A stretch of 64,000 nucleotides of DNA. Origin: an uncultured Gemmatimonadaceae bacterium (GTDB lineage: Bacteria; Gemmatimonadota; Gemmatimonadetes; Gemmatimonadales; Gemmatimonadaceae). A program made the position numbers and the translations under genes. The stretch's first letter is position 1, and the number at the start of each line of letters is the position of its first letter. The notes under the pieces were generated by a model. It ran no database searches. It worked only from the letters and a program-made list of their open reading frames with translations, and was not told the DNA's origin. Below, piece after piece: positions 62,334-64,000 of this stretch. The stretch is from contig CAWHHI010000016.1 in assembly GCA_963829055.1 (NCBI GenBank), forward strand, positions 672,001 through 736,000, written 5' to 3'.

Positions 62334-62479
62334 GCGGGAAAACTGACAGATGCAAAACGCCGCCGCTACGGGTTGCGTAGTCGGCGGCGTTTTGACTCGC
62401 GATCGAGCATCGCCTCGAAGTCCTCGAGGACGCCTCGGGGACAGCGCGCGGTCGCGGCGTCGCGCTCGAATGCATCACC

Positions 62480-63329
62480 GTGGGCCTTGATGGCATGCTC
62501 GCGCTCGAGATCGCCGGCAACTACCCCACGTTGGCTACCGCTGGGCGTGGCAATCGGAGTCGTCGCGGGTACACTGGGCCTGTGGCGGGCGCTCATTCTC
62601 GGCGGGTATGCACCGTTCGCGTTACTTCCCACCGTCGTGCTCGTGCTCGGCGGCATCCTCGCACCGATCTTCGCGTGGACGGTCCACCTCGCGCAGCGCG
62701 GACACGCGCAGGCGGCGGCGCTGCGACGAAGTCAAGCCTTCCTGGCCGAGGCACAGCGTCTCAGTCGCACTGGCAGCTTTGCCTGGCGTGTGGCGACCGA
62801 CGAGATCACGCTGTCAGACGAGGTCTATCGCATCTTTCAGCTGGACCGCGCGGTGCCCGTGACACTCGCGACGATCGACACGCGCGTTCACGCGGATGAC
62901 ATCCCCGGCCTGCACGAGATCATTGGCGGAGCGCGCATCGCAGGCAGCGATTTCGAGTACGAGCACCGGATGCTGATGCCGGACCAGTCGATCAAGTACC
63001 TCCACCTGGTCGCGCACGCGGCGCGCGACCAGGCTGGCCGGTTGGAGTACATCGGGGCGATTCAGGACGTGACGCAGCGACGCGTCTCGGAAGAGGCACT
63101 CTCGAAGGCTCGGTCCGAGCTCGCCCACGTGGCCCGGGTGACGACGCTCGGCGCGCTGACGGCGTCCATCGCGCACGAGGTCAATCAGCCGCTCTCGGGC
63201 ATTGTCACCAACGCCAGCACGTGCCTCCGGATGCTGGCCGCCGACCCGCCTAACGTCGAAGGGGCGCGCGAAACCGCAGGGAAGGACCGGCAGAGTCGGT
63301 CGACCTGGAAGAAGCAACACCCCGCCTGA
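62480..63329 (+). pseudogene. Truncated TM-PAS sensor histidine kinase lacking the ATPase domain
   Basis: TM helices, PAS (AQRLSRTGSF.W...VHADD), SIAHEVNQPL H-box; similarity ends near 63278; 5' end unclear. Confidence 0.8.
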
Positions 63330-63350
63330 CGTCGGAACGTCAAGCGGAGC

Positions 63351-63405
63351 TGACGGATGGAGCGAGATTCGAACTCGCGGTACGCTTCACGTACATACTC
63401 ATTCC
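63351..63405 (-). mobile_element. att-like site: isolated 3' half of a tRNA-Ser gene
   Basis: Minus strand GTACG-TGAAG-CGTAC variable arm, GCGAG-TTCGAAT-CTCGC T arm, TCCATCC acceptor strand, G discriminator; no 5' half upstream. Confidence 0.75.
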
Positions 63406-63492
63406 GCGGACTTGCGGGAGTTGCTCAAAACGGCGAGGCGGCGAGCTTGTCGATCGACGTTAGGCGGTTGATTCTGAAGGCTTACTCCCGCG

Positions 63493-64000
63493 TTACGTCG
63501 GTATCCCGAACCCGTCGACGTTCACGTTCTTCCCGTTCTTGTCTTTCGCACCAACCAACTTTCCGCCCTTGTACCTGTAACGAAGAACGTCTCCCTGGTT
63601 CGGCGGGGGCGTGAGCACCAGACTGACCCGGTCGTCCGGCGACGGGCGCTCGCAGCAGTTGTTGTGGCGCGGCGTCGCGCCGCGGCCCCAGGAGTCGTCG
63701 CCGGCGTACGTCGGCGCCTGCTTGGGCAGGTCCCAGCGGGGGATTCGCGCGTAGTCGACCTCGGTGAAGTAGTCGCCGAAGTTTGGACCCGTCGCGTCGC
63801 CGTCCGCGTCGGGCGTGACCTTGGTCCGCAGCTTCGTGACGGCCGCTGCCCACTCCTGGAGCGCCGCGTCGTTGCCGGTCCCGTTCCGGTCCACCGCGGC
63901 CGGGTGGTCGAGCTTGAACACGGGCACCGCGTTGGCCGCTGCGTTCGACGCCGCCCAGAGGTCGTACGCCTGGTGCGCCGGCCCGCCGAACGCGACGATC
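63493..64000 (-). CDS. Partial ORF running off the right edge, possibly uracil-DNA glycosylase-like family
   Basis: Open frame IVAFGGPAHQAYDLW...FKLDHPAA fits a UDG-like C-terminal strand plus HP motif; assignment from recall only. Confidence 0.5.
   Translation of the reverse strand, partial: IVAFGGPAHQAYDLWAASNAAANAVPVFKLDHPAAVDRNGTGNDAALQEWAAAVTKLRTKVTPDADGDATGPNFGDYFTEVDYARIPRWDLPKQAPTYAGDDSWGRGATPRHNNCCERPSPDDRVSLVLTPPPNQGDVLRYRYKGGKLVGAKDKNGKNVNVDGFGIPT

Larger units (their letters stand above)
480..63465. repeat. Dispersed over-represented motif (G)CCTAACG / CGTTAGG(C)
   Basis: Hand count: 31 CCTAACG plus 27 CGTTAGG on the + strand; 51 of the 58 extend to GCCTAACG; found in genes and intergenic DNA. 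Confidence 0.9.

Noticed and set aside
63351..63440. Intact tRNA-Ser gene
   Set aside because: No 5' acceptor strand (GGATGGA) or D arm at the required position.
480..63465. Chi- or KOPS-like role for the iterated motif
   Set aside because: Orientation is near even (31 vs 27) and interleaved, whereas those motifs are strand-polar.
1..64000. Frequent GCGATCGC (HIP1)
   Set aside because: Readily explained by GCG ATC GCN (Ala-Ile-Ala) codons in a GC-rich genome; not counted rigorously.

Overview
High-GC bacterial DNA (roughly two-thirds GC by eye). Gene content (ADOP permease plus PadR, TIGR02999-type ECF sigma factor, Ser/Thr kinase with beta-propeller) suggests Gemmatimonadota or a relative; this is an inference. 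1-13 kb is core chromosome: DUF58-moxR, rluB-scpB-scpA-site-2 protease, rpsT, pyrR-pyrB-pyrC-class II aldolase and an lspA-like gene. About 13-63.3 kb is an accessory region with many gene remnants, a stress/dormancy cluster (five universal stress proteins, HPF/RaiA-like, CBS, TraR/DksA, NarL-type two-component pair, PAS-LuxR, glutamate dehydrogenase), ion transporters (ClC, K+ channel, TRIC, CDF, full mrp operon), an MFS-M20-SDR cassette and an L,D-transpeptidase. It ends at an isolated tRNA-Ser 3' half (att-like site, 63351-63405). Many genes, including core ones, carry 1-bp indels that are most simply long-read consensus errors. Main signals: (1) the non-palindromic word (G)CCTAACG occurs 58 times by my hand count, on both strands, often through otherwise rare TTA/AGG codons, like an uptake-sequence or HIP-type motif; (2) a putative MarR regulon with three copies of the palindrome TCCTTATAAGGA, in front of marR and of two paralogous operons encoding an unannotated protein plus a small 2-TM protein; (3) a five-repeat protein of alternating basic helices and acidic linkers with an upstream partner gene; (4) a likely phosphorylation-dependent ECF sigma factor whose adjacent kinase gene is only an N-terminal stub.
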